Positions 28,186 through 37,477 of a stretch of 39,698 nucleotides of DNA are shown here, one piece after another. Both the position numbers and the translations under genes were made by a program. Position 1 is the first letter of the stretch; each line of letters begins with the position of its first letter. The stretch lies in contig JBBIVG010000003.1 of NCBI GenBank assembly GCA_037439865.1, forward strand, positions 1-39,698, read 5' to 3'. This DNA is from Nevskiaceae bacterium. GTDB lineage: Bacteria > Pseudomonadota > Gammaproteobacteria > Steroidobacterales > Steroidobacteraceae. The notes below the pieces were generated by a model. The model saw nothing but the letters and a program-made list of their open reading frames with translations, did not search any database and was not told where the DNA came from.

Positions 28186-29409
28186 GTGCGCACGCTCTGG
28201 CGCAAGGCCCGGATCGCCACCTGCGACGAACGCCTGCAGGTGCACGCGCCCGGCGCCGTGCTGACACGCGACGGAATCGTCGAGTGGGTCGGGGCCGAGC
28301 ACGACCTGCCCGCAGGAGCGCGGCCCGACCGAACCGTCGAACTCGCAGGACGCTGGCTGACGCCGGGCCTGGTCGATTGCCACACGCACCTCGTCTTCGC
28401 GGGACAGCGCGCCGGCGAGTTTGCCCGCCGCACGTCTGGCAGCAGTTACGCGGAGTTCGCACGTGAAGGTGGCGGCATCGTGAGCACGATGCGTGCAACG
28501 CGTGCCGCCAGCGAGGACTCGCTCGTCGAGCAGAGCCGCCCCCGCCTGCAGGCTCTGTTGCAGGAAGGCGTCACGACGGTCGAGATCAAGTCCGGCTACG
28601 GCCTCGAGTTCGAGACGGAGGCAAAGATGCTGCGGGTGGCACGACGACTCGGTGCGGAGCATCCGGTCACGGTCTCGACCAGTTTCCTCGCTGCGCACGC
28701 ACTGCCGCCGGAATTCAGCGGCCGCGCCGACGAGTACGTCGATACGATCTGCAACGACTGGCTGCCCCGGATGACCGGGGAGCGCGAATCCGGCCTGGTC
28801 GACGCCGTCGACGCGTATTGCGAGGACATCGCTTTCTCGGCGGCCCAATGCGATCGGCTTTTCGCAGCCGCAGGAAGGCTGGGCCTGCCGGTGCGACTCC
28901 ACACGGAGCAGTTGTCCAACGTGGGCGGCAGTCAGATCGCCGCCCGGCACCGCGCACTGTCCTGCGACCACCTCGAGTACGCGAACGAACAGAACGCCGC
29001 GGCGCTCGCCGGCAGTGGCACGGTTGCCGTGATGCTGCCCGTCGCGTTCTACGCGCTCGGCGAGAAGCAGTTGCCGCCGCTGCAGGCGCTTCGTGCGCAC
29101 GGAGTGCCTCTCGCCGTCGCGTCCGACTGCAATCCGGGCACCGCACCGGGTGCCTCGCTGCTGCTCGCGATGAACATGGCGCGCCGCCTGTTCGGCATGA
29201 CGAGCGAGGAAGTGTTGCTCGGCGTCACGCGCCACGCCGCTCGCGCACTCGGACTCGCCCGGCAGCGCGGCTCGATCGCACCCGGACGCGCGGCGGACTT
29301 CGCCGTCTGGTCCGTCGACACGTTGGACGAACTCGGCTACTGGGTGGGATTCAATCCGTGCAGCATGGTCGTCAAGGACGGCGCGATCGTGCTCGAGCGC
29401 CCGATCTGA
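28186..29409 (+). CDS. hutI: Imidazolonepropionase
   Basis: 407 aa with a GTG start. It is an amidohydrolase fold with GLVDCHTHLVFAG, VEIKSGYGL and SDCNPGT motifs. Confidence 0.9.
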   Translation: MRTLWRKARIATCDERLQVHAPGAVLTRDGIVEWVGAEHDLPAGARPDRTVELAGRWLTPGLVDCHTHLVFAGQRAGEFARRTSGSSYAEFAREGGGIVSTMRATRAASEDSLVEQSRPRLQALLQEGVTTVEIKSGYGLEFETEAKMLRVARRLGAEHPVTVSTSFLAAHALPPEFSGRADEYVDTICNDWLPRMTGERESGLVDAVDAYCEDIAFSAAQCDRLFAAAGRLGLPVRLHTEQLSNVGGSQIAARHRALSCDHLEYANEQNAAALAGSGTVAVMLPVAFYALGEKQLPPLQALRAHGVPLAVASDCNPGTAPGASLLLAMNMARRLFGMTSEEVLLGVTRHAARALGLARQRGSIAPGRAADFAVWSVDTLDELGYWVGFNPCSMVVKDGAIVLERPI

Positions 29410-29419
29410 AGGAGACACC

Positions 29420-30394
29420 GTGCCGCATCGCGACGACATGAGCTCATGGACCGGCCGGGTTGACGCCGCGGACGGCGAACTCGGTCGGCGCTGGCACCAG
29501 GTCGTTCGGCCAATCGCGGCCGCGGACGGCAAGGGCGTCGCGCTGCTCGGCTTCGCATGCGACGCCGGCGTGCGGCGCAACCATGGCCGCCCAGGCGCTG
29601 CGGACGGCCCGCGGGAACTGCGTCGCGCGCTCGGCAACCTGGCGTGGCACGGCGGCGACGTCGCAAGGCTCTACGACGCGGGCGATATCGTCTGCGAGGG
29701 CGATGCACTCGAGCCTGCGCAGCAGAACTACGCGACCCGCCTTGCCGCATTGCTCCGGGCCGGGCACCTGCCGATCGGGCTCGGCGGCGGGCACGAGATT
29801 GCCTGGGCGGCCTACCATGGGGCGGAACTCGCCCTGGCAGGCGATCCCCGCCTCGATCGCCTGGGCATCATCAATTTCGACGCGCACCTCGATCTCCGCC
29901 GCCCGGAAACGGCGGGCCGCGGCACCTCCGGCACGCCGTTCCTGCAGATCGCGGAAGCACGGGCGGCTGCCACGCGCGAGTTCCGCTATCTCTGCATCGG
30001 TGCGAGCCCCGCTTCCAATACCGAGGCCCTCGTCCGCAGGGCGGCCGCGCTGGGGACCGAGATCATCTACGACGTGGGCGCCGCAGAGCGCGAAGCCGAG
30101 GAGCGGCTGCGCCGCTTCGTCGAGGAGTCTTCCGCAATCTACCTGACGTTCTGTCTCGACGTGCTGCCGCCCGCCGTGGCCCCTGGCGTGAGCGCGCCGT
30201 CCGCCCTGGGACTGGCGCTGCATCGTGCCATAGGCCTGCTGCGCGCCGTGCTGGCGGCGTGCGGTCGCGGCGGCCCGTCGAGCAAGCTGCTGCTGGCCGA
30301 CGTCGCGGAACTCAACCCGGCACACGATGTGGCCAGTCGCACCGCGCGCACCGCGGCCCGCATCATCTACGAGATCGCGGCGTTCAGTCGCTGA
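29420..30394 (+). CDS. hutG: Formimidoylglutamase (arginase-fold HutG)
   Basis: 324 aa. The GTG start has AGGAG 5 nt upstream. Ureohydrolase metal motifs are present: GGGHEIAW, INFDAHLDLR and LTFCLDVL. Confidence 0.85.
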   Translation: MPHRDDMSSWTGRVDAADGELGRRWHQVVRPIAAADGKGVALLGFACDAGVRRNHGRPGAADGPRELRRALGNLAWHGGDVARLYDAGDIVCEGDALEPAQQNYATRLAALLRAGHLPIGLGGGHEIAWAAYHGAELALAGDPRLDRLGIINFDAHLDLRRPETAGRGTSGTPFLQIAEARAAATREFRYLCIGASPASNTEALVRRAAALGTEIIYDVGAAEREAEERLRRFVEESSAIYLTFCLDVLPPAVAPGVSAPSALGLALHRAIGLLRAVLAACGRGGPSSKLLLADVAELNPAHDVASRTARTAARIIYEIAAFSR

Positions 30395-31295
30395 CGTCGG
30401 GTTCGACGAAGCACCAGCCGACCTCCGGCGCCTCTTCCTTGATGCGCCGCTCGAGCTCGTTGATTCGATCCACGGCCGTTTCGATCGTGAGGCCCGGCTG
30501 CATCTTCACTTTCGCCGCGAGCACGACCTTCGGCCCCATCTGCAGGGTGATCGTGTTGAGCAGCTTCTCGATGGCCGGATCAGCTGCGATCAATGCCTCG
30601 ATGCGGCGCTCGAGATGCGGCTCCGCGGATTTCCCGATCAGGAGCGCGCTGATGCGCACCGCGATGAACGCCGCGACCAGGATCAGCACCGCGCCGATGG
30701 CGATCGAGCCGATCGCGTCGAAGCGCGTGTCGCCGGTCCAGGCCGCGAGCGAGACGAACACGAAGGCGAGCGCGAGTCCGGCCAGCGCCGCGATGTCCTC
30801 GCCGAGTACGACGACGAGTTCCGCGTTGCGGGTATGCTCGAGCCACGTGCCGAACGCGCGGTCGCGCCGGATCTTGCGTATCTCGTTCAGGCAGCCGACC
30901 AGGCTGCCGGTCTCCAGCACGATCGCGATTCCGAGCACGGTGAGCGCGATCCAGGCCTTGTTGAGCGCCTCCGGCTGGTGCAGCTTGTGCCAGCCTTCGT
31001 AGATGGAGAACAGGCCGCCGATGCTGAAGAGCAGCAGGGCGACCACGAAGCTCCAGAAATACGTCGCCTTGCCGAAGCCGAGCGGGTGCTCGGCGGTGGG
31101 GGGCCTGTCCGCCTGCTTCAGGCCCAGGTACAGCAGCACCTGGTTCGTGCAATCGGCATAGGAGTGGATCGCTTCCGCGAGCATGCTCCCGGAGTTCGTG
31201 AAAGCGGCCGCTGCGCTCTTCGTGATCGCGATCCCCAGGTTCGCGAGGAACGCATAGAGGATTGCCTTGGCGGAGGAGCCGTGGTCGGACGACAT
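30384..31295 (-). CDS. Cation diffusion facilitator (CDF) family metal efflux transporter
   Basis: I trimmed ORF 30384..32474 to the ATG at 31295 (MSSDHGSSAKAILYAFLANLGIAITK...). It has six TM segments, HSYADCTNQ, and a C-terminal cytoplasmic domain. The upstream 393 codons are shadow ORF. Confidence 0.85.
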   Translation of the reverse strand: MSSDHGSSAKAILYAFLANLGIAITKSAAAAFTNSGSMLAEAIHSYADCTNQVLLYLGLKQADRPPTAEHPLGFGKATYFWSFVVALLLFSIGGLFSIYEGWHKLHQPEALNKAWIALTVLGIAIVLETGSLVGCLNEIRKIRRDRAFGTWLEHTRNAELVVVLGEDIAALAGLALAFVFVSLAAWTGDTRFDAIGSIAIGAVLILVAAFIAVRISALLIGKSAEPHLERRIEALIAADPAIEKLLNTITLQMGPKVVLAAKVKMQPGLTIETAVDRINELERRIKEEAPEVGWCFVEPDVSD

Positions 31296-31397
31296 CGCGG
31301 GAGCCCTTGGGTGTGCAGTCCACGATAGGCGTCGCCGCATGGATGCGCAATGCGTGCTCACTTTGCCCGCGTTGGACAGGATCAGTATCCTGACCGG

Positions 31398-33056
31398 ATG
31401 CGACCGAAAACCTCTTCCATCCGGGCGACCGCCGTCGTCGCGACGTTTGCCCTTGCGCTGTCCCTGGCGGCGTGCTCGCGCAAGGAAGCGCCCTCGTCGG
31501 CAACCGTGCCAGCCAGCGAGAAGCCAGCCGCAGCGGCCGCGGCAAAGACTGACTCGCACCTGCCTCCCGGCATCGCCTGGTTCGACGGCGACGTGGACGC
31601 CGCATTCGCCGCGGCCAAGGCGGCGCCGAAGCCGCTGTTCCTGTACTGGGGCGCGGAGTGGTGCCCGCCTTGCGCGCAGATCAAGGCGACGATCTTCAAC
31701 CGTCGCGAGTTCCAGGAGCGCAGCCGCCTGTTCGTGCCCGTGTATCTCGACGGCGACACGCCCAGCGCCCAGAAGCAGGGCGAGCGCTTCGGCGTCGTGG
31801 GATATCCCACGATGATCCTGTTCCGGCCGGACGGCACTGAAATCACGCGGCTGCCCGGCAACGTCAACATCGAGCGCTACGCGAAGATCCTCGACGTCGC
31901 GATTGCGGACGCGCGGCCGGTCAAGGAAATCCTCGCGGCCGCCACCGCCGGCGGGGACGTCACGGCCAACGACTGGCAGCTGCTCGCCTATTACTCCTGG
32001 CCCACGGACAACGGTCGCGTCCTGCCGGCGAAAGACCGGCTGAAGACGTTCCGGACCTTGAGCCAGCGTTGCCCGGCCGAGATGAAGGGCGACTGCGCGC
32101 GGCTGTTCTTCGAATACCTCGGCGCCGCGGCGGCGGAGACGACGGGCGGCAAGTCGCCCCTCACCGGCCTCGACCGCGCGGCCGCGCGCAAGCAGCTCCT
32201 CGATGTCCTCGCCTCGCCCTCCGCGGACCAGGCCAATCTCGACAACCTGATCTACGGCTCGCAACTTGCGATCGACCTGCTGTCGAACGCCGGCACGCCG
32301 GAGCGCGCCGAACTCACCCGCGCATGGGGAGCCGCTCTCGATCGCCTCGTGGCCGACCAGGCCGCCCCTCTCTCCGCACCAGACGAGATCAAGGTGCTGC
32401 GCGCGAGAGTGCTGCTGGCCCAGCTCGATCATCCCGGGGCCCCGCTTGCGCCGGCGTTGCTCGACCAGATCCACTCGACGATCGCGCGCCTCGATGCCGA
32501 GACGAAAGATCCCAATGCGCGCCAGGCGGTCATCAATGCCGCTGCGAACGTGTATTGGGAGGCCGGGCTCGACGAGGACGCCAACAAGCTGCTCGTGGCT
32601 GCGCTCGAGAAGTCGCCGTCGCCTTACTACTTCATGCTCGATCTCGCCGACCTCGCGGAAAAGGCGGGTCGCAAGGACGAGGCCGTCCAGTGGCTCGCGC
32701 GCGCCTACGACGGCGCGCAGGGGCCGGCAACGCGGTTCCAGTGGGGCTACAGCTATCTCGTCGGTCTGCTCGAGATGACGCCCGACGACACGAAGGCGAT
32801 CGAGCAGACCGGGCTCAAGGTCATCGCCGAGCTCGGCAGCTCACCGGACGCCTTCTACCAGCGCACGCGAACCCGCCTCGAGCAGTTGAGCGCGAAGCTG
32901 CTCGAGTGGGGCGCGACGGGCGACCGGGCCGCGGTCGTCGAGACGCTGCGCAAGCGGACCGGGGACATCTGCCGCGGCCTGCCCGAAGGCGACGAGGGAA
33001 GGAAGAACTGCGAGCGTTTCCTCAAGCCCGCCGCGCGAGCCACACAGGGCGTGTGA
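31398..33056 (+). CDS. Thioredoxin-fold lipoprotein (CPPC active site) with a large C-terminal helical domain
   Basis: I trimmed ORF 31350..33056 to the ATG at 31398. The lipobox is LALSLAAC. The thioredoxin motif LFLYWGAEWCPPCAQ is present, as is GYPTMILF. About 380 further helical residues follow. Confidence 0.8.
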   Translation: MRPKTSSIRATAVVATFALALSLAACSRKEAPSSATVPASEKPAAAAAAKTDSHLPPGIAWFDGDVDAAFAAAKAAPKPLFLYWGAEWCPPCAQIKATIFNRREFQERSRLFVPVYLDGDTPSAQKQGERFGVVGYPTMILFRPDGTEITRLPGNVNIERYAKILDVAIADARPVKEILAAATAGGDVTANDWQLLAYYSWPTDNGRVLPAKDRLKTFRTLSQRCPAEMKGDCARLFFEYLGAAAAETTGGKSPLTGLDRAAARKQLLDVLASPSADQANLDNLIYGSQLAIDLLSNAGTPERAELTRAWGAALDRLVADQAAPLSAPDEIKVLRARVLLAQLDHPGAPLAPALLDQIHSTIARLDAETKDPNARQAVINAAANVYWEAGLDEDANKLLVAALEKSPSPYYFMLDLADLAEKAGRKDEAVQWLARAYDGAQGPATRFQWGYSYLVGLLEMTPDDTKAIEQTGLKVIAELGSSPDAFYQRTRTRLEQLSAKLLEWGATGDRAAVVETLRKRTGDICRGLPEGDEGRKNCERFLKPAARATQGV

Positions 33057-33585
33057 TCGAATACTTCACGGCGGCGCGCTCGGGCTCCGAGCGCCCGGCG
33101 ATCACGTCCTCCGGGTACACGAAGTCCTTCTCGTAGGCGAGACCGCACTTCTGCATCACGCGCTGCGACGCGAAATTGCGCGACAGCGTGCGCGCCGAGA
33201 TCTTGTCCGCGCCCACGCGCAGGAAGCCGTGCTCGATGACGGCCGTCGCGCCCTCGGTGGCGAGCCCGCGGCCCCACGCGGAGCGCACGAAGCGGTATCC
33301 GAGTTCCTGCTCGTCCGGGTCCATGCGGTCGGGCCGCAGGTGGAACCAGCCCAGGAATCGACCGCTGTCGCGTTCCTCCGCCGCCCAGTAGCCGAGCAGC
33401 GGCGTGGCCTCGTAGATCGCGAACCACCGAGGCAGGATCACGTCCTCGTAGGTGGCGCGTGGCGTCGGCACCCCATAGGTGATGAATCGCATCACTTCCG
33501 GGTCCGAATCGAGCTCCACCAGCCGATCGACGTCACCGCGGTCGAATCGCCTCAGCCGCAGGCGCTGCGTCTCTAGTAGGATCAT
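33022..33585 (-). CDS. GNAT-family N-acetyltransferase (RimJ/RimL-like)
   Basis: 187 aa with LETQRLRLRRFDRGDVDRLVELDSDPEVMRF and the acetyl-CoA loop RSAWGRGLATEGA. Confidence 0.85.
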   Translation of the reverse strand: MILLETQRLRLRRFDRGDVDRLVELDSDPEVMRFITYGVPTPRATYEDVILPRWFAIYEATPLLGYWAAEERDSGRFLGWFHLRPDRMDPDEQELGYRFVRSAWGRGLATEGATAVIEHGFLRVGADKISARTLSRNFASQRVMQKCGLAYEKDFVYPEDVIAGRSEPERAAVKYSITRPVWLARRA

Positions 33586-33614
33586 CCCCCACTCCCCTGG
33601 TCTGCCAGCACCCC

Positions 33615-34658
33615 ATGCCCGAGACCGTCTACGACTTCCGCAGCGACAACGTCGGCGGCGCGGCGCCCGAGATCCTCGAGGCGATCGTCGCGGCCAACGC
33701 GGGCACCGCCGCCCCCTATGGCGACGACGACTGGACGCGCCGCATGATCCAGCGTTTCAGCGACGTTTTCGAGCGACCCGTGCAGGTATTCCCAGTCGCC
33801 ACCGGGACCGGCGCGAATTCCGTCGCGCTGTCGGCGCTGGCCAACCCGTACGGCGCAATCTATTGCCACGAGACGGCGCACATCAACGTCTACGAGTGCG
33901 GGTCACCGGAATTCTTCACCGGGGCCAAGCTCGTCGGTCTGCCAGGCCGCGACTGCAAGCTCGACCCCGCCAGCCTCGACGAGGCGCTCGGCCTTGCTGG
34001 GCGCGGCAACCCGACCCGTGTGCAGCCGTTCGCCCTGAACGTCACCGAGCCGACGGACTTCGGCACGCTCTACTCGGCCGCGGAGGTGGCGGCGCTGTCC
34101 GCCGTTGCGCACCGACATGGCCTGCGCGTGCACATGGACGGCGCCCGCTTCGCCAATGCCGTCGCGGCGCTCGGCTGCAGTCCTGCCGACCTCACCTGGC
34201 GCAGCGGCGTGGACGTGCTGTCGCTCGGCGCGACCAAGAACGGCGCGATCAATGCGGAGGCGGTCGTGGTCTTCGACCCGGAACTCGCTGCGGCGATCCC
34301 GTATCGCATGAAGCGCGGCGGACAGGTGCTGTCGAAGGCACGGTTCGTCTCCGCGCAGCTCGAACGGTACCTCGCGGACGATCGCTGGCTCGAGCGTGCC
34401 GGCCGTGCCAATGCGCTTGCGGCCGACGTCGCCCGGCGACTGCAGTCGATCCCCGGGGTGACGCTGGTCGCGCCGGTGCAGGTCAACATGCTGTTCCTGC
34501 GACTGCCCGACGTCGCCGTGCGGGCACTCGACTCCGGGCCATTCCGCTTCTACAAGCTGGGCCGGGACGTGCGCTTCGTCTGCCGCGCCGACCAGGACCC
34601 CGAGGGCATCGATGCGCTGGTGAAATGCGTGCGCGAGGCAGTCGCTGCAGGACGCTGA
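33615..34658 (+). CDS. ltaE: Low-specificity L-threonine aldolase (PLP-dependent)
   Basis: 347 aa with FRSDNVGGAAPEILEAI, an HMDGARFANA-type motif, and the PLP lysine in SLGATKNG. Confidence 0.88.
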   Translation: MPETVYDFRSDNVGGAAPEILEAIVAANAGTAAPYGDDDWTRRMIQRFSDVFERPVQVFPVATGTGANSVALSALANPYGAIYCHETAHINVYECGSPEFFTGAKLVGLPGRDCKLDPASLDEALGLAGRGNPTRVQPFALNVTEPTDFGTLYSAAEVAALSAVAHRHGLRVHMDGARFANAVAALGCSPADLTWRSGVDVLSLGATKNGAINAEAVVVFDPELAAAIPYRMKRGGQVLSKARFVSAQLERYLADDRWLERAGRANALAADVARRLQSIPGVTLVAPVQVNMLFLRLPDVAVRALDSGPFRFYKLGRDVRFVCRADQDPEGIDALVKCVREAVAAGR

Positions 34659-34662
34659 ACCA

Positions 34663-35484
34663 ATGGCAAGATTCTGCTGGGCGTTGCTGGCTTTCCTCAC
34701 CACGTCCGCCGCCTTCGGCCAGGAGCTGCAGGTCATCGACCTGCACTATCGTCGCGCCGACGAGGTCCTCCCGATCGTGCAGCCGCTCGTCGCGCCGGGC
34801 GGCGTGGTGAGCGGCCTCGACGACAAGCTGCTGGTGCGCACGACGCCGTCCAATCTCGAGCAGATCCGGACCGCCGTTGCGGCCATCGATCGGCCGCGAC
34901 GCCAGCTGCTCATCACCGTCGGCCAGGGCACGGTTTCCGATCTCGACGCTGCGAGTGTCCGCGGCTCCGCCACGATCGGCAGTGGCGACGTGCAGGTGGG
35001 CGTGAATCGTCCGCCGGCTCCGCAGGCCGGCGCGCAGGTGATCATGCAGGGTCGCCGGCAGCAGGCCAACCTGCGCAACCAGAGCAGCGTGCGCACGCTC
35101 GAAGGCAGCGAAACCTACATCGCGATCGGGCAATCGGTGCCGATGACCTCGACCCAGGTCGTGACCAGCGGCTGGGGCGGGACGGTGCAGCAGTCCACCA
35201 CCTATCGCGACGTCGACACGGGCTTCTACGCAACGGCCCGCGTGAACGGCGATCTCGTCACGCTCGAGATCTCGCCGCGCCAGCAGCAATACCGGCCCGC
35301 GAACGGCGGCACCATCGAGACCCGCGGCGCGAGCTCGGTGGTGACCGGTCGGCTCGGCGAATGGATCGAGCTCGGCGCCGTGCAGGAATCGAGTTCGGGC
35401 TCGAGCAGCGGGCTGCTGGTATGGGGCCGCCGCACCGGCAGCTCGCAGTACTCCGCCTGGGTGAAGGTCGACGAAGAGCGCTAA
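34663..35484 (+). CDS. Short secreted secretin-like protein (NolW/secretin-N domain plus a truncated secretin-type beta domain), 273 aa
   Basis: The signal peptide is MARFCWALLAFLTTSAAFGQ. The N-domain pattern LQVIDLHYRRADEVLPIVQPLV...DDKLLVRTTPSNLEQIRTAVAAIDRP is present. The C-half shows the secretin-like pattern LEGSETYIAIGQSVP...TLEISP...TGRLGEWIELGA. Confidence 0.65.
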   Translation: MARFCWALLAFLTTSAAFGQELQVIDLHYRRADEVLPIVQPLVAPGGVVSGLDDKLLVRTTPSNLEQIRTAVAAIDRPRRQLLITVGQGTVSDLDAASVRGSATIGSGDVQVGVNRPPAPQAGAQVIMQGRRQQANLRNQSSVRTLEGSETYIAIGQSVPMTSTQVVTSGWGGTVQQSTTYRDVDTGFYATARVNGDLVTLEISPRQQQYRPANGGTIETRGASSVVTGRLGEWIELGAVQESSSGSSSGLLVWGRRTGSSQYSAWVKVDEER

Positions 35485-35915
35485 GGCGCCGGCTGCAATT
35501 GCAGCTGGGGAGCCTGCGTGACCTCCACGCGATCGACGAAGTAGGCGGTCTCGCCGAAACAGCTGGTGGGCAGGCCGGGGTGCTCCGAATAGTGCACTCG
35601 CACGTGCTGACCGACGGCCCTGCCGAGCGCCTCGGCGGTGGCCTGGTCGCGGACGCTGAAATTCCAGATCGTCGGCGCCACGCCGGCCACCACGTACATC
35701 GCGAGCTCGCCCTCGTGGGTCTTGCAGATCCAGCCCTTCTCCGAGAATTTCTGCAGGACGCCGGCGCGCTCGCCCTGCGAGTAGCTCCACGTGAGCATGA
35801 ACATCGTGTACAGCACGACGAGCAGCACCACCGCCGACAGGAAGCCGAACAGGTACCACCGCCACCGTCGGCGTGGCCGGGCGGGCGTGATCGGCGGGAC
35901 GGGAGTGGTACTCAT
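35481..35915 (-). CDS. Small N-terminally membrane-anchored protein (144 aa), function unknown
   Basis: I trimmed ORF 35481..36953 to the ATG at 35915. It has an Arg-rich N-terminus followed by the TM segment WYLFGFLSAVVLLVVLYTMFML. Its ATG overlaps the stop of the PLD gene (ATGA). Confidence 0.65.
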   Translation of the reverse strand: MSTTPVPPITPARPRRRWRWYLFGFLSAVVLLVVLYTMFMLTWSYSQGERAGVLQKFSEKGWICKTHEGELAMYVVAGVAPTIWNFSVRDQATAEALGRAVGQHVRVHYSEHPGLPTSCFGETAYFVDRVEVTQAPQLQLQPAP

Positions 35916-37477
35916 AGCTGCGACTCCATCGGCAGGGCCCTCATCAAGGTTGCACTGAGGCGGCGGCCGACGCTCGCGTCCGGCTCGTCCTCGAGCGCCC
36001 GGTCCTGGCCGTTCGCGCGGTCGTGCCAGACGAGGCCGTGCTTCTCGTCCAGCTCCACGCGGTAGCTCAGGTCCGGGGAGACATTGTGCATGAACTGCTC
36101 GCGGAGCTGCTTCGCGAGCTCGGGGCTGTCCACGAGCACGCCCATCTCGGTGTTGAGGTTGGCGGAGCGCGGGTCGAGGTTCATCGAGCCGACGAACGCC
36201 CAGCGCTCGTCCACCATCATCGCCTTGGTGTGCAATGTGGCACCCGACGAGCCCATCAGGCTGATGCGCTTCTGGCCCGCGACATCGTCGGTCCTGCGCT
36301 TCATCTCGTAGAGATCGACTCCGCCCTTGAGCAGCTCGCGCCGGTACCGTGCGTAGCCCACGTGCACGGCCACGACATCGGTGGCTGCGAGCGAATTCGT
36401 CAGCACCTCCACGTGGATGCCGCGTTTCGCAAGCGCCACGAGGCTCTCCGCGCCGCTCTTGCCCGGCACGAAGTAAGCCGAGACGACCAGGAGTTCGTTG
36501 TCGGCCTGGTCCATGACCTTCGACAGCCCGTTCAGCACCTGCGACGCATGCAGTCCTTCCTCCTTCATGCCGATCTTGGCCGGATCGTCGGCGAGCACCT
36601 GGATGTCGCGCACCTTGAGCGGCGCGGGGGCGCTCGCGAGCAGCTCGGCCCGCCGCTTCGGATCGCGCAGCGCGGCCATGTACGGCGTCTCTCCGGCCTC
36701 CTTGCGGAACTCCTGCGCGGCCGTCACGAGCTGCTGCAGCTCCGCCTGCGTCGGCTCGTGCGCCTCGAAGCGCGAGACGGGCACCGCGTCCACGCTGTTC
36801 CAGTACTCGTCGAATTCGCGGCTCACCTGCTCCACGACCGGGCCCGCGAGCAGGATGTCCGTGTCGATGAAGTTCGACTGGTCGGATGCGCCGAAGTACT
36901 CGTCGCCGATGTTGCGGCCGCCGACGATGGCCACGCGGTTGTCGGCGATCCACGCCTTGTTGTGCATGCGGTGGTTGAGGCGCGTGCTACGGAGCATGAA
37001 CTCGCTCCACTGGCCGATGAATCCATAGCGGTCGTAGAACGGGTTGAAGATGCGCACCTCGATGTTGGGGTGCAGGTCGGCGATGGCGAAGATGTCGTGC
37101 TTGGCTCGCGCGTCCATGTCGTCCACGAGCACGCGCACCCGCACCCCCCGCTCGGCCGCGCGCATGAGTTCCGCGGCCAGCAGCTTGCCGGTGAAGTCGG
37201 CGCTCCACAGATACGTCTGGACGTCGAGGCTGCGCTCCGCGGCCGCCGCAGTTCCCGCGCGGTACGCGAACGCCAGCGCGTTCTGCTGCAAGAGCTGGAC
37301 GCCCGACACACCGGGCTCGTCGCCCAGCCGCTTCAGCACCATCTGGTCGAGGCGCGTCGAGGTCGCCGGCGGAATGGCGTGGCTGGTCTCCACGCCATCG
37401 AGCCGCGGCGCCGACGCGCAGTGCGCCAGCAGCGGGAGTACCCCCAGCAGCAGCCAGCGCGTCGCGGCCCGCGTCAA
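35912..37477 (-). CDS. Phospholipase D / cardiolipin-synthase-like protein with two HKD motifs and an N-terminal signal sequence
   Basis: The HKD motifs are HNKAWIAD...GGRNIGDEY and HTKAMMVD...GSMNLDPRS. The proposed TTG start at 37477 (TRAATRWLLLGVLPLLAHCASAP) overlaps the upstream gene's stop (TTGA). The 84 upstream ORF codons are Arg/Ala-rich shadow. Confidence 0.85.
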   Translation of the reverse strand: MTRAATRWLLLGVLPLLAHCASAPRLDGVETSHAIPPATSTRLDQMVLKRLGDEPGVSGVQLLQQNALAFAYRAGTAAAAERSLDVQTYLWSADFTGKLLAAELMRAAERGVRVRVLVDDMDARAKHDIFAIADLHPNIEVRIFNPFYDRYGFIGQWSEFMLRSTRLNHRMHNKAWIADNRVAIVGGRNIGDEYFGASDQSNFIDTDILLAGPVVEQVSREFDEYWNSVDAVPVSRFEAHEPTQAELQQLVTAAQEFRKEAGETPYMAALRDPKRRAELLASAPAPLKVRDIQVLADDPAKIGMKEEGLHASQVLNGLSKVMDQADNELLVVSAYFVPGKSGAESLVALAKRGIHVEVLTNSLAATDVVAVHVGYARYRRELLKGGVDLYEMKRRTDDVAGQKRISLMGSSGATLHTKAMMVDERWAFVGSMNLDPRSANLNTEMGVLVDSPELAKQLREQFMHNVSPDLSYRVELDEKHGLVWHDRANGQDRALEDEPDASVGRRLSATLMRALPMESQL

